DNA from: Octopus bimaculoides
Lineage: Eukaryota
Assembly: GCF_001194135.2 (NCBI RefSeq)
Contig: NC_068999.1
Location: forward strand, 31,504,798-31,563,922
Reading direction: 5' to 3'
Length of the DNA: 59,125 nucleotides
Every line of letters starts with the position of its first letter. Position 1 is the stretch's first letter. The position numbers and the translations under genes were made by a program. Below are positions 11,688 through 25,358 of the stretch, one piece after another. The notes below the pieces were generated by a model, which worked only from the letters and a program-made list of their open reading frames with translations, was not told the origin of the DNA and did no database searches.

Positions 11688-13240
11688 TGGCTGTCTGATA
11701 AAAAGCTTGCTTCCCAGCCACGTGGTTCCGGGGTTAGTCCCAGTGTAATTCTTTCTTTTTTCTTTTTTTTCTTTTTTACTTACTGGAAGAAATGAAGAAA
11801 TTTGACAAGAACGTCACAATCTGTTTTGTCGACTTTCGCAAAGCATTTGATTCCATCAGCAGAGATCTTGTTTAAAATCCTTGCACTCTATGGTATTCCT
11901 CCCAGGATTGTTGATGCTATCAGAGCGCTGTACTCAAACACCATTGCCAAAGTTATATCTCCTGATGGAGAGATTGATTTCTTTGAAGTTGAAGCAAGTG
12001 TTCTGTAGGGTGACACACTCGCTCCTTTCTTGCTCATCATTGATCTCGACTACCTAGATGGTATGGAGGAAAGGGGACTCCTTTTGAAACTCCGCCAGAG
12101 CAGCCGGCATTGTGTGCAATATTTAACTGATCTTGACTTTGCCGACGATCTTGCCTTGATATTCCGTTGTATTAAAGATACAGAATCTTTGTTACAAGTA
12201 CTGGAGAAAGCAGCAAACCAGGTCGGCCTTTACTGCAACGAGAGTAAGACAGAGTTTATCACGACCTCCTCCAAGTTAACTGAACTTAAATCACTCAATA
12301 ACATATCAATCAAAATTGTTGACGACTTCAAATATCTTGGATTACACATAGTAGACTCCCAAAAAGACTTTCGCATCCGCAAAGCTCTTGCTTGGGATGC
12401 ATGAAACAGACTTGATAAGATCTGGCACTAAAACCTTCCACCCATGTTAAAAATTAAGATATTTGGAACACTGATTGAGCTGGTCCTTCTCTATGGATCA
12501 GAGACCTGGACCTTATCGGTTTATCTTTAAAAAACAACTAGATGGAATATATACCAACCTGCTCAGAAAGAAACAGAACATCAATTGGAGATCACACCCA
12601 ACACTTAGTAACATCTACGAAAATCTGATACCAATATCCCTCATGCAAATGCAGAAACGGCTACAATTTGCTGACCACTGTCATCAAGCAGAAAAGAGGT
12701 TATCTCATCCTTGCTCCGATGGTATCCCTCTAGAAATGTTTTCTCTAGGAAACTGACACGGGACTTAGGGCTGGATATTAGAGATCTGAATACAGCAATG
12801 CAGGACCATGTAGTGTGGAAGGGGATTTTCAATGGAGTTCCGACCAACCTATGGTTGGTCGAAGGATGATGATGATTCCCAGTGTGCTGCACTTTGAGCA
12901 AGTGTCTTCTACTATAGCCTCGAGCCGACCAAAGCCTTGTGAGTGGATTTCGTAGACGGAAACTGAAAGAAGCCTGTCGTATATATTATATACATATGTA
13001 TATATTTGAGTGTGTGTGCGTGTGCGTGCGCGCGTGTGTGTATGTTTCTGTTCCCAGCCACCGCTTGAGAACCGGTGATGGTATGTTTGCGTTCCCGTAA
13101 CTTAGCTATTCAGCAATAGACCGACCGAATAAGTATTAGGCTTTAAAAAACATGTCCTGGTGATAGGTTCGATTAAAACCCTTCAAGGCGGTGGCCCATC
13201 ATTGTCGCACTCAAATGATTGAAACAAGTAATGATGAAAG
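11688..13240 (+). mobile_element. tRNA-SINE S1 split by an RTE insertion
   Basis: The head (11688-11746) resumes at 12877 as TCCCAGTGTGCTGCACTTTGAGCAAGTGTCTTCTACTATAGCC, followed by the internal TA/TG tract and the S1 3' half. Confidence 0.8.
11747..12876 (+). mobile_element. RTE-clade LINE, 5'-truncated, RT domain to 3' end, 9-bp TSD
   Basis: FVDFRKAFDSIS; VL*GDTLAPFLLII; LTDLDFADDLAL; DFKYLG; LLYGSETWTL; (GAT)n tail; TCCCAGTGT at 11738-11746 and 12877-12885. Confidence 0.9.
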
Positions 13241-13327
13241 ATAAAGGATGAAACAGAGCAGATATTCAGAACAAAACAGTTACAATGACTGTGTGTGTGA
13301 GTGTGTGTGTGAGTGTATGTATGTATG

Positions 13328-13358
<31 letters not shown>

Positions 13359-13378
13359 GTGTGTATGAATATACATGC

Positions 13379-13413
<35 letters not shown>

Positions 13414-13833
13414 TTTCTATGCTTGTGTTACTGTAAGTGTTCGGGATGGGTGTGTACGCTTTGGTGATTTACATATTGTCGCTAAAGTTCTACAGATAAA
13501 ATAATATTTATTCACACGATATGTTGATGCTATCCTCTATTTGTTCCCTCTATCGTGTTTTTTCATTTACCATTGACTCACTCACTCTGTCTCTCCTTCT
13601 TCTTTACGATTACTATAACACTGTCTTTCTATCTCTTTCCATCCTTTTCACTATTTATTAGCTCCACAACCACACCCACTTCTTCACTTTTGAATGCACC
13701 TGTAAAGAATCTATATTCCAATTCGCACATTCACCTCACTCTCCTTTTTCTACTCTCCTTTTCCACTCCCTCTCATTCTTTTCTTTTTTCTTCTAGTCCT
13801 CATTCTCTTTCTCTCTCTTTCTTTCTCTCTCTT

Positions 13834-13873
<40 letters not shown>

Positions 13874-14071
13874 TTGTCTTTCTGTTTCTAATCTTTAACC
13901 TTGCATCTTCTTGGAACCTCTTTAGAATCTGTTTCATTGTTAAATGTATGATAAATGTTATGGGCGGAAAGTGTGAAACTATTTATGATAAAAAACAAGA
14001 CAACAACACTATTTAGTTACATGGAGAGCATAGAAATGATTGTGAGATTTAAGGACAAACGATCTGAAGGA

Positions 14072-14157
14072 GGAATAGAAGAACGAAAGGATACAGGAAT
14101 AGAAGAACGAAAGGATACAGGAATAGAAGAACGAAAAGATACAGGAATAGAAGAATA
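14072..14157. repeat. 24-bp tandem repeat, ~3.6 copies
   Basis: Unit GGAATAGAAGAACGAAAGGATACA. Confidence 0.9.
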
Positions 14158-14559
14158 AAAAAACGAACGAATTAACCAACGATACGAATCAAACGGAACA
14201 AGTAATAAGAAGGGTATTGATTTCTTAACTGTACACAATATTCCAATGTTGTTTAGAAAGAATAAACCAAAATCTGAATGGTTTTTATCTATTCCCAGTG
14301 ACAGGCAGGCAGGCAGTAAATGAGGTCAATTCCAGTTCTTACTTAGAACTCCAAACCCAACATATTTTACGTCTTGTACATACATACATACATACATACA
14401 TACATACATACATACATACATACATACATACATAATATCCTTAAATATGCTTACATGTTTCAATATCACTTTAAGCCACCAACAACCTACCTCTGTTATT
14501 TTCGGGTCTCTATAATATTCCACCTTGGTCAGATATACTTTAATGTCACATAATCGCTC

Positions 14560-14800
14560 TAATATCAAATACTCTTTCAAATGCCACATACTATACCGAA
14601 TGTCTTCTCTGTTAAATACTCTCTTTATGTCAGATATATTCTTTCTATTGTCGAATTTTTTTTAGCGTCTGATACTCACCTTAATATCAGATATTATCAG
14701 ATTCTTTCTCTCCACCCTTGTAAATCTCTTTCTCTCTCTTATATCAGGTATACTCTCTAATCTCAAATACTCTCTCGATCAGATACTCTCTCTTATGTCA
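14560..14800. repeat. Degenerate minisatellite (TCAGATACTCTCTCTTATG-like)
   Basis: Recurrent CAGATA/AAATACTCTCT motifs at roughly 20-bp spacing. Confidence 0.5.
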
Positions 14801-15671
14801 GAAATAGCAAGCAAATTCGCTTAACTTACAGACTACTGTCTTAAGAAAAGAAGAGCACATGAGAATATGTTGTCCTAGATATACCACGAGATAGTCACAG
14901 TAGCTTCTCTGTTGAGCTTAATTTTACGCAAAGGAAACTGACCTGAGGGTGAACAACGACGACAACAACCGTCGATATCTTGGTTAAGGACTTCCTTTGT
15001 GGCAATCCAACGGCATGTCACAAATAATATTATTTCCTTGACACTTCACCGCCCTCTAGTAGAGATTAGTCATACAGTATCACTAATGTGCTACTCACAG
15101 TTAAACCAAAGGTCAAACAGTTTTCTAATATCTACAGTAGTATGTCACCTAAACTAAAATGGGGAATCGAGGGAGAGGAAGGTATTCTGTTGGAATACAA
15201 CTTTTCTCAACAATAATCAGATCGATTACATAGAACCTAAAACCTTTTCAATATATATTAAAGCAATCGCTCTGGCTATTTATTGATTATTGAGTGTGAG
15301 CAGTTCAATAGAAGTAGATCAATTAGAAGAGTTACTGATTTCATTAGAAACAGTGAAATATCTTCTCCCAACTGATATTGTATAAATGTGTTTTATGATT
15401 GTTAAAATATTGAAAAATGGGGTGTGTGGTCGGGCGGAGTGTGGCGGGAGGAAATAATTACAAACCACTACAAGAGGTAAGCAACGAACCAACGGTAAAG
15501 GCTTACTTAGATGCGCTAGAAATAGCAGAAAAATCACAACCTGCTGTCTTAGGATAATGTAACCCCGGATATAGAGAAAACATTATAATTAAGGATGAAA
15601 TATGATGGAGCATCGAGGCTGACTTAGTTTTAAGCTACAAAAGAAGAACGAAAGTGCAGAAGTTAAAGTTT

Positions 15672-15702
<31 letters not shown>

Positions 15703-16846
15703 GCGTTATAATATAGACATTTAAGATTCGAGTACATTCTCAAACACAAAATGGGGAAAATAGGAATCACCAACAGGAAGTAAAGCACTTACCTGTCGAA
15801 TACCGTTCGACGGCGATAACCATTACACTAAAACGACCATCACTTCCTATCATCACATGCAGCACAAGTAAACATGCCACTGAACTAACCACCGTTGTTT
15901 ATCTTCATCGGTATCAAACGAATTACGTAGGTATTTTTGAAAACCTCTTAACACCAGCACAGAGGTCATCTCATTGTTGTGAACATAGACTAGTCTCACA
16001 CCAGACGATTTCATGGTGAGCGAAACAATCTCAAGATAAAGGTCAGGTGGGGGGGAGCATGCACCGTTGCAGCGCGTTACTCACCATTTATCGGTATAAT
16101 TCTGGGTCCTCCCGGGTGATCCATTGAGCAGAGTCCCAGTCATTCTCCATGTCAGCGAGGAGATAATAAAATGATTGACTGATCGTCATCGTCGTCATCG
16201 GGTTTTATCTAGTATCCGAGAATTTAATTTTATTCTTTGCTGAATGCTTCCATTATGGTGATGTCGTTGATGACTCTGTAGGCCAATTCTTGCACATAAA
16301 AGTCGATGCCACTGCCCAGCTGGGAAACCATACTTGACAGCCGCGCAACTAATAAGATTGATGCATATTCATAATTACAGCAGATTGAAAATAGACAGGA
16401 TTGCCAAATGTGTACGTTGCAAAGGATCAACGAAAGTCGGGAGTGACACAGCTCGAGAAAAGTGATGGAGGATGTTGCTTTTATACTAGTAAAATATAAA
16501 ATTATAAAAACAGTCAATATTNNNNNNNNNNNNNNNNNNNNNNNNNNNNNNNNNNNNNNNNNNNNNNNNNNNNNNNNNNNNNNNNNNNNNNNNNNNNNNN
16601 NNNNNNNNNNNNNNNNNNNNNNNNNNNNNNNNNNNNNNNNNNNNNNNNNNNNNNNNNNNNNNNNNNNNNNNNNNNNNNNNNAGGATGTTGCTTTTATACT
16701 AGTAAAATATAAAATTATAAAAACAGTCAATATTAACAGAAAAATGTCTTGTTGATAGAGACTTCGAAGTCTCGTTGAGAGTGATGTCATCTGACTGCTG
16801 ATGCAAGTAACAGTTAAACTTTAAAATCACGGACAATAAAATTATA

Positions 16847-18500
16847 AATCTATATACTACTAAAACTCTCCGAGTGTTTGCTTGTCTGTCTGTCATTTAA
16901 TACAGCCAAAACAGCACATAATAGGAAAATACCCTGAAAGTAAAGAATCCCTGAAATGTGAATACAAACAGAATGAAACAAGTTTCGTGTAAATCGGACT
17001 ACAGGTTCCCGAGAAACGCAGGTTTTTTGGGGTGGGGGGTTGTTTTCACAAATTTAAGCAGTAAAACCTGGAGTTATATCCCTTTACTGTGATCACCAGA
17101 TAGTTTTTTTTTTGTTGGCATGCCTACAGATGTGTACCCCACCGATTTTATTGCCTCATAACTTCAAGAAAAATGGTTACTTTTAAACAAATTTTTTAAC
17201 AAATACCACATAAATGTTGTGGATTTACAGTATGTAGGTATTTATGGGAAAGAAGTTTTCCGAGAGGATGAGAACAGGAGTTTCGGACAATTCACATGAT
17301 ACAACTTTTTTTCACTCATAACTTTCAGGAAAATGGATTTCTTAACACACGCGTGGTCCGTTGGTGGAATATAAGCAAAAAAAACAACAACAACAAAAAA
17401 TTGTAATTTTAATTTTTAACCCACATCAATCAAGCGAATCCGTGTGTGCGTGTAAGAAAAACATTTTCTAAAAGTATTCTATTAAAATGAATTATCGTTT
17501 ACATAACTCATTCTTCACACCATTGTAGTTTAATGCCAGCAATGACCTTCTCAGGTTCTCCAATATTTTAATTTATATACAGAAACAATTGGGAGCAGGG
17601 AGTGAGGTTGCAAAGAATACATAATTTTTCAAATTTTTTTAGCATATAAATGTATTTATGGGGAGGAAAATGTTGAAAGACATCAATACATTTGAGAGTG
17701 AGAGAAAAACGAAGATGTGCTAGAAACAACTTCCCAGTCTCCCTTAAATCACTCACTTTTTCCTCTGAAAATATTAACAATTTTTTTTACCGAAAAAGCT
17801 CCTTCCGTGGTTTTGAAGTGCAAAAAACAAAAGCATTGGCCAATTTCCGGAGTGTAATGAGGGAGGTGGTTGTACAAAAAAAAAAAAAAATTTAACTTTT
17901 TTTTTCATAAAAAGATGTTCCCTACCCACATCATGTCAAAACAGAGTAGTTCCAACTTATTTGGTCTTCTTGATCCGAAACTCCGTTTTTCAAAACTCCT
18001 CTTCCGATACCCTCGGAAAAAGTTTTTCTCACAAATTTCTTTATAATTGTAATTTATGCAGTTTGAAAGGTATTTGTATAAAATTTNNNNNNNNNNNNNN
18101 NNNNNNNNNNNNNNNNNNNNNNNNNNNNNNNNNNNNNNNNNNNNNNNNNNNNNNNNNNNNNNNNNNNNNNNNNNNNNNNNNNNNNNNNNNNNNNNNNNNN
18201 NNNNNNNNNNNNNNNNNNNNNNNNNNNNNNNNNNNNNNNATGAGGCAACAAAGTTGGAGCAGGGTTAACATCTATAGTTACGCCAGTTCGGTTTGTATAT
18301 TTGCTTGTGTGCGTGCTTGTATGTAATTCAATATAGCCAAACCGGTGTATAATGGGAAAATATTCTGAAAGTAAAGTACCCCTGAGATGTGAATACAAAC
18401 AGAATAAAAGAAGTTTCGCGTAAATCGAACCACGGATTCCCGAGACAGGCGGTTTTGGTGGGTACCTTCATAAATAGCCAAAGGAGTGCATAATGGGAAA
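16847..18500 (+). mobile_element. Non-autonomous Helitron-like element with an internal direct duplication
   Basis: A|TCTATATACTACTAAAA followed by GTTTGCTTGTCTGTCTGTC, a typical Helitron 5' end. GTTTCGTGTAAATCGG motif present; 16895-17030 is repeated at 18325-18465. No 3' CTAG/hairpin was located. Confidence 0.5.
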
Positions 18501-18857
18501 ATACCTGAAATGGGAAAATTGTTTCCATTAATTTTATGTTTCCATTATACAACAATTCCTTTTGCATTTTTGTAGAAGTGTGCATACATACCATAAATAA
18601 ATGCTGTTACTGGAGTTCAAGTTTATCCCGGAAGTTCTATTTCTATCAGATGTTGTAAATAATCAATAAAACCTTAAACATAAACTTGTAAACCAGACCT
18701 ATGATGACACGAACGAATTGAAATATTTAACTGAATTATCATAAAATTAACATTCATTTCAATGCAATGTTGAAATCAGCTTCAATGTTTTATAACCTGA
18801 ATCGTCAGTAGTCTAATCATTATAGAAAAATTAGTACATACTAACACACAATATCGA

Positions 18858-19062
18858 TTTTAAATTTTGGTACAAGGTTAGTAATTTCGGAGGAAGGGTT
18901 AAGCCGATTATATATCGACCCTAGAGGGCAAATGGTATTTATTTTATCGACTCCGAAAAAAAAAGTGAAAGGTAAAATCGACTTCAGCAGAAATTGAACA
19001 CAGAACGCAAGGGCAGACGAACTTCAGATTGTTTTAATGATTCGGCCGGGTCTCCATCTTTC
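18858..19062 (-). mobile_element. tRNA-SINE S2, decayed
   Basis: Reverse-complement match to the S2 body (ATCGACCC...GAAAGGTAAAATCGACTTCAGCAGAAATTGAAC). Confidence 0.6.
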
Positions 19063-20089
19063 ACACCTGAGTAATATTATAATCTATTTTTATCGATACT
19101 AAACGATATCACACCCACTTCAATACACAGCAATCAGTCTATTAAAAACCTACTTCATCTACTTCACATCGTATCATTTCTTCCATTTTCTATTTTAAAT
19201 TCGTTTCGTTCGCCTCATATTTCAGTTTTCCTCGTTTTACTCTTTCTTCAACATATATTCAATTCTTATCACCTTAGTTCATTTTTTGTTTCCTTTATCA
19301 CTCATTCAAATGAATTGGATATTTATAATTACTCCACACTTTCACTTTCCTAACTCACATTCAACAATAGAGTCCTCAAATAGTCCTCTTTTGCATCCTC
19401 AAAGTGGAAACGTTGCCGCTATTTGCAGTAATAAAACAGAAACCTATTATATTTTCAGTACATCGAATGCTATTTTTACGATACGTTCTGATGTCAATAT
19501 ATGAAGAGAGAAAGATCGACGGAAAGGCTACAGTTGGCAACCTTCTAATCATATATAATTATTTGAGAAATAAAGATTTATTTTTTACTTCCCTTTTTTG
19601 ACTCATTGAATATGCAGTTTGGTTTGAAAAAACCTGTTAAATATTGCTGCATGACTTCGAAGAGAAATAACTAGATAAATACAATTCTCTATGATGAAAT
19701 TGACTTTAAATTATTCCTTTCACATTTTTGCTATATAATTGATTAAAAAAAAAAAAAAAACGAAGGCAAAGCTTTTAAATAATTTATCTGAGTTGAAATT
19801 ATTCATCCAGTGGCAAAGCGATATGTTGGAGTACGGGGGTGTATGCGTTTGAGTTAGTGTGCGCTTCTGTTTGCATTGTTAAATGAGTATCTATACATTG
19901 CAGTACGTGCATATAAAACATTTGTTCAAATGAGTGTGAGTGTTATGACCAGTGTTACTATGTTTATTGTGTGTATATGAATGAAACTGCAGAAATACCT
20001 GTATAATTCCATGTGCTATGATTCCTGTTGTATAACCATGTATCTCAATGCATGTATTCTATCTTGTATACTTATACATTTATATAAAA

Positions 20090-20160
20090 CAGGGGTAGGG
20101 AAACCCCCGCCCGCGGGCACAATTGCGCCCGCGAGTCCATTTTATTGCGCCCGCAGGCTG
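20090..20160 (+). mobile_element. hAT (Charlie/Buster-like) left terminus
   Basis: CAGGGGTAGGGAAAC followed by repeated GCGCCCGC(G) subterminal motifs; no right end found. Confidence 0.55.
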
Positions 20161-21664
20161 GTATACTTACATGTATAAAATATAGTAAATTTTTCAATTA
20201 TGAAATTTATACAATATTCGTATGCCTATTTGCGACATAAGTCGCGTTTCTACTACGACTTAAAACGGTTAGGCTCGAACAGAAAATCGTCTGGTAATTA
20301 CCATTTGAATGGAAATTTTGTTTTCACTATAAAACACATATTGCTAGGTTTGTACCACCACCTTGAGACCCAACAACACTCAAGCTGAAACATATAGAAT
20401 ACCTCATAAGTAATATAAACGTCCTAAATTCAGTGGCGCCGTTAATGAAGATGTTACGCAGATCTGCAGTTAGGAATAATATATTACGATATAATATTAT
20501 ATTTATATTATGTATATATATTATATATGTATGTATGTATATATGTATGGATGTGTACATATTCGCATGTATGTGAGAGGTGTGCATGTACCTATGAATG
20601 AGTGCAAGCATGTGTACGTATATATATATATGTGTGTGTATATATTTGTAAGTTCATCCGCATATATCCTATATCCATATCGGCTTTAATCGTATAAATA
20701 TGCGCGTTTGTGTGCATGTATGCGCATACATGCGAGGTAATTGCTTGTTTGTGCGTGCGTGCGTGTGTGTGTGTGTGTGTGTATGTGTGTGTGTGTGTGC
20801 GTGTGTGTGCTCGCTCGCGCATTATAACAAAAGTATTTCGGTTCATAAGTGGGGCAAACCGTAATCTCAATGAGGGAAAATGCATATATGATCTGCTTTT
20901 ATGCCTTCCAGCCACATCTTATATTACTAACATACGCATAATTTCCGATCCCATACCATCTAAAATCTGTTGTAGGATTCTTTTAAAACTAAGTGTAGAG
21001 ACAAACATATGCACGTGCACGCGTGCATTATTGCACACTTCCACACTTGCACGCATACACACATAAATATAGCACATACATACGCTTAGGTTTCTAGTTA
21101 TATATAATAGATTATATGCAAGTAAAACAGTAAACTACACGCACATGCACACCCACTTATATACGTATGTATGGGCGAGTATGGGTGTGTGTAGATGCGT
21201 ATATACCTACTGGCGTTTGATGAATCTACTGAGAAGTAATCAGTGGTCGATTCTATACATCAGTTCATTTGATGTCATGCTTTTTCTCTCCTCATGTCTA
21301 TCGTGTTACAATAAGAGTTTATTGAGGTTTCGTCATGTTATTACAGGTCAACTGACCCTCTGGCTAAATACATTCAGACCTGGTTGATACTTTATTATCG
21401 TGCTGGTAGCCTAGAGAGATTTAATCATTATAAAAAAATCGATGTTAATGGTAGAGTTACAATTGATCGGAAAGACACATTAAACTGCTGAACTACAGTC
21501 ATAACCTAGTTTAACATTATCTATATAATTTGCTGAGGTCAGCCGGTTTCATCTTCAAATGTTTCAACTTCATGCACGATAAATTAATTACCAGTGATAT
21601 ATCAAGGCATATTTATTTGGTTAAGATATTTTCGTATGTTTTTACTTGTCGTGCTTTAAACTAA

Positions 21665-21980
21665 CTGGCACTCCGTCGGTTACGAGGATGAGGGTTCCAG
21701 TTGATCCGATCAACGGAACAGCTTACTAGTGAAATTAACGTACAAGTAGCTGAGTACTCCGGAGACACGCGTACCCTTAACGTAGTACTCAAGAAAATTC
21801 AGTGTGACACCGAATGTGACAAACCTGGCTCTTTGAAATACAGGTACAACTCCTTTTTGCCAGCTGGACCAACGTGAAATAAAGTGTCTTGATCAAGGAG
21901 ACGACGTGCCACTGGAAATCAAATTCATGACTTTATGATCGAGTGTCGAATACCCTAACTACTAAGCCACGAACCTTCAC
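21665..21980 (-). mobile_element. tRNA-SINE family S3
   Basis: Minus-strand A-box-like TGGCTTAGTAGTTAGG, decayed B box and core CAAGACACTTTATTTCACG. The distal part matches 33785-33895 and the head matches 34965-35075. Confidence 0.7.
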
Positions 21981-22124
21981 TCCTTGCTTAACACACTTCA
22001 TATCGCCCCGTCCTTAATCAGTTGCAGTATCACCTTAGTTTTACTGTGATTAGATGTTGTTAAACCTTCATTCACCCTTTCGCCACGTCTTCTCACGATC
22101 CTTCTCAAGGTGCAACATTTGTTG

Positions 22125-22260
22125 ATTTCAAGAGAGAAAAATCGACCCCACTATCTGACTAGAACTTTATCTATCGACCGCCAAAAGACGAGTGACAAAG
22201 TTGACTTTGGCGGGATTTGAGCTCACAACGCAAAGATCTGAAACGAATGCTGAAGTTCTA
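22125..22260 (-). mobile_element. tRNA-SINE S2 fragment
   Basis: ATCGACCCC...ACAAAGTTGACTTTGGCGGGATTTGAGCTCACAACG. Confidence 0.55.
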
Positions 22261-24875
22261 ATGAAACTCGATGTATTTCGACAGACGCGTGTTTAAATAA
22301 CTGGATACTTTCGGTGAGAGCATGATTATCTTTTATACCCCTCCCCCACACATGCTAGTACGCGCAAACACATACGCACGCGCGCGCGCTCACGCACACG
22401 CGCGCGCGCATACACGCGTTTTCACAGTGATGAACTCATGCTTGTTTGAAGAGTATGTCTTCCTGGTAGGTAAAGGAATAAAGTGCTTATTACAATAGAT
22501 ACAATAGATGAGTTCGGATGCAGCACCACGGTTTCAAATCCATTGATTATTACAGCTAAGGGAGAGAAAAAAACTCGTAATGAATATTCTTAAAAACACT
22601 AAAATGGGAAAGAGAAACTCTGAAGATGCTGTTGATTTCCTGTTTATGTAACGAATTTTCTTTTAATAAATTGAAGAATTTGATCAAAAGAACACTTGAT
22701 GAAAATGTAGATCTACATAAGTTTTCATAGTTGATGGCCTTTTCTTTACTATTTTTAAAATGCCATTTTCTATTGAAGAAATTCTATTGGGTCATTGGTT
22801 ACTAAATGTATATTTTAGTTTATAAACACTTCTCTCTCTTTTGTGACCACAGTTATAAGTATCGTAAACATACACGACATGACATCCTGTAAGCTATTAC
22901 TGTCGATGAATCTAACAGCTTCTGTATCCAGGAAATAATTATTCTGTATATCTACTTCATCCAGTGGACTTCACCCCACTCAAGCTAATTTCACACCTTG
23001 TTTTTATTGGTATTGGTTTGATATTTATTAGTCTGATATTTATTACTGAGAAATAAATACACTAAGAGGTGGACCGTAGGCTGACACTAAACCTCTTTGA
23101 TTTGGTATTTACGATTGACAAAGTGATGGAGTAATTGGTCAATGTGATCTTAAACTGTTGTTTGTTGGAAACAGTCACGTTTTCTAAAATCCTACGAAGA
23201 TATTTTCTTCCAAGATTTTCCTCATATAAAAAATGAGAAAACCCTCTTTTTTGTTCATCGAATTCTTTGAGGTACAAATGAAGGCTCATTCTTGAACGTT
23301 TTTTCTATTATTTTCCAATTGATTTTACTAATATCCATTTTTAGTTTATCATTTGTTATTCAATATGGTCAACTCCTGGGTAGCGGGAGGAGTAATTGCC
23401 ACAAAGGTAGCAGCAGTGAATACGCCTCCCACCACTAATTTTTAGAAACCCGGAAAGAGATTTAAAAAGGAAGATAAACAAAAGATAACAACAAAATAAA
23501 CAGACACAATTGTAAACACAGACAGTCATAATTTGATAAATGAAACCGCAATTAATTAAATCAAAGCATCGACAGTAATTCATTCTTTGCTAAAGCTGCA
23601 AGCCAAAATGAGATGTTGGACATTGGCCAACTCCAAACAAAAAAAGAAGAAAGAAGAATGGAAGAGGTGTGTCAAAAAAACAGCGTACATCCTTATCTGA
23701 GGAAATTATCATGAAAGAGAGGAAAATGAATACGTGATGTAGTCTGTTTATCAAAACAATGGCGGGACTCTATGAAGTAAGAGTTTGAGTAAACCGTGGC
23801 TAATACGAGGCAGATGGTCCATTGATCAGGGAAAGGTATGTGGGTTGGAGATATCGCGAAGAGAAAGCATCAGTGACATAACACACACTTACACACACAG
23901 AGCGAGAGAGAAAGAGAGAGAGACTAGTGTCATATTTGTCATATTTTACTAAAGAAAAAGACATAAACGTCGAGCTAAAGACATTGATAATTTTTGTGGC
24001 ACAGTACGTGCGGTTTGATGTGAGCAGACGTGAACTACAACAACGTTTATCTGGGTAGGAGTCTATATGGACATTCATGTCCTGATAGTCCAAAATGACT
24101 ACAAAGCTATCTCAGGTTTGTTATCCATGAAGAGAATGGAGACGAAATCAATCAGACTTGTGGTGTGCAGCAGAAGGCCAAGTTACTACACGTAGGATGA
24201 TAAAAGTCATTTCAGCGTTCTCCACCCAGAAAAAGTGAAAAAGAAAAAGAAAAGAAAAAAAGAGAAACGACGCAAGGGCAACAACAGCAATGGCGACGAA
24301 TATGGCTGATGCTACTGCTTTTGTAGAGCACTATCGGTTGTAGTTGCACTGCGGGAATGGATAGAGCGCAAGCAAAATAAATCCCCTCGTCACCAGTGTC
24401 ATAAGCATAAATCTAGTATGTGGTCGGCTGGAGGTTAAGAAAAGTTGACCAAATCCTTATCGATAACCTGATGGAAATACTAAATAAGTTGAAGGAAAGC
24501 AAGGGGAATATTGTATTGATTAATGAAGAGATGATGTAGAATTATAATGAACTCAAAGCAAATGACAGACTTAAGATAGAAACACTACTATTCTTGCTAA
24601 CGAACTCCTTCCCACAAGATGTGAAGGACTTCATGGTCCACCCATACACGAAAATACTCCGTAATAAATTACTGGGACTTAATTCACAAAAGATATTAGA
24701 TGTGGGATTCTTTTATGGGTGCGTTAGCCATATTTGTATTATTATTATTATTAATTACTTTTTGTGGGTCCTTATTTTTCAAACTTGTTCCAATATAATG
24801 TATTACGTTTCTATCCCTGATTCGATTATGTACACACGCACACACACGCACGCGCACACACACACAGACACACAG

Positions 24876-24906
<31 letters not shown>

Positions 24907-25326
24907 ACAGAAGTAAATAGACATACCATAAAACTTCGTTTTATGTTTATTCTAATTTGTAAAGGTTTATATTTTTTATTAATTGACATTTTTATGTTTC
25001 AGGTTCAATATGTGACTGTTTAATCATTCCATTTCCCAAAAAAGCCTTAGAACAGTCTGAATTTCAAAGAGACTGTAATAAATAATTTGAATGTTTAATT
25101 TCAGATTTAAATAAACTTTAACTAATTATAAAGTTGTCTATTTACTTCTGTCGTGTCTGTGTATATACATCAAACGTACTTTGTAGTCCTGTGTCTTTAG
25201 TACGTTTTATATTGTATTTATGTTGCTTGTGGCCCATAAAGAAATTACTTATTATCACCTTCATCATCATCAATTTCATCATCATCGTATCATCATCCTC
25301 GTCGTCGTGTCATCATCATCATCATC

Positions 25327-25358
<32 letters not shown>

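Noticed and set aside
14072-14157. 24-bp repeat as a CRISPR-like array or coding repeat
   Set aside because: Units are directly adjacent with no spacers, the context is eukaryotic, and the ORF is short and unsupported.
15793-15830. IAVERY resembling the GPCR TM3 (D/E)RY motif
   Set aside because: The upstream frame has a stop within ~35 codons and no TM2/TM3 pattern, and six residues can match by chance.
16465-16735. Exact ~53-bp direct repeat on both sides of the gap
   Set aside because: A typical unmerged contig overlap (assembly artefact).
22426-22625. C/D-box snoRNA (GTGATGA...CTGA)
   Set aside because: The boxes are too far apart, with no terminal stem or recognisable rRNA complement.
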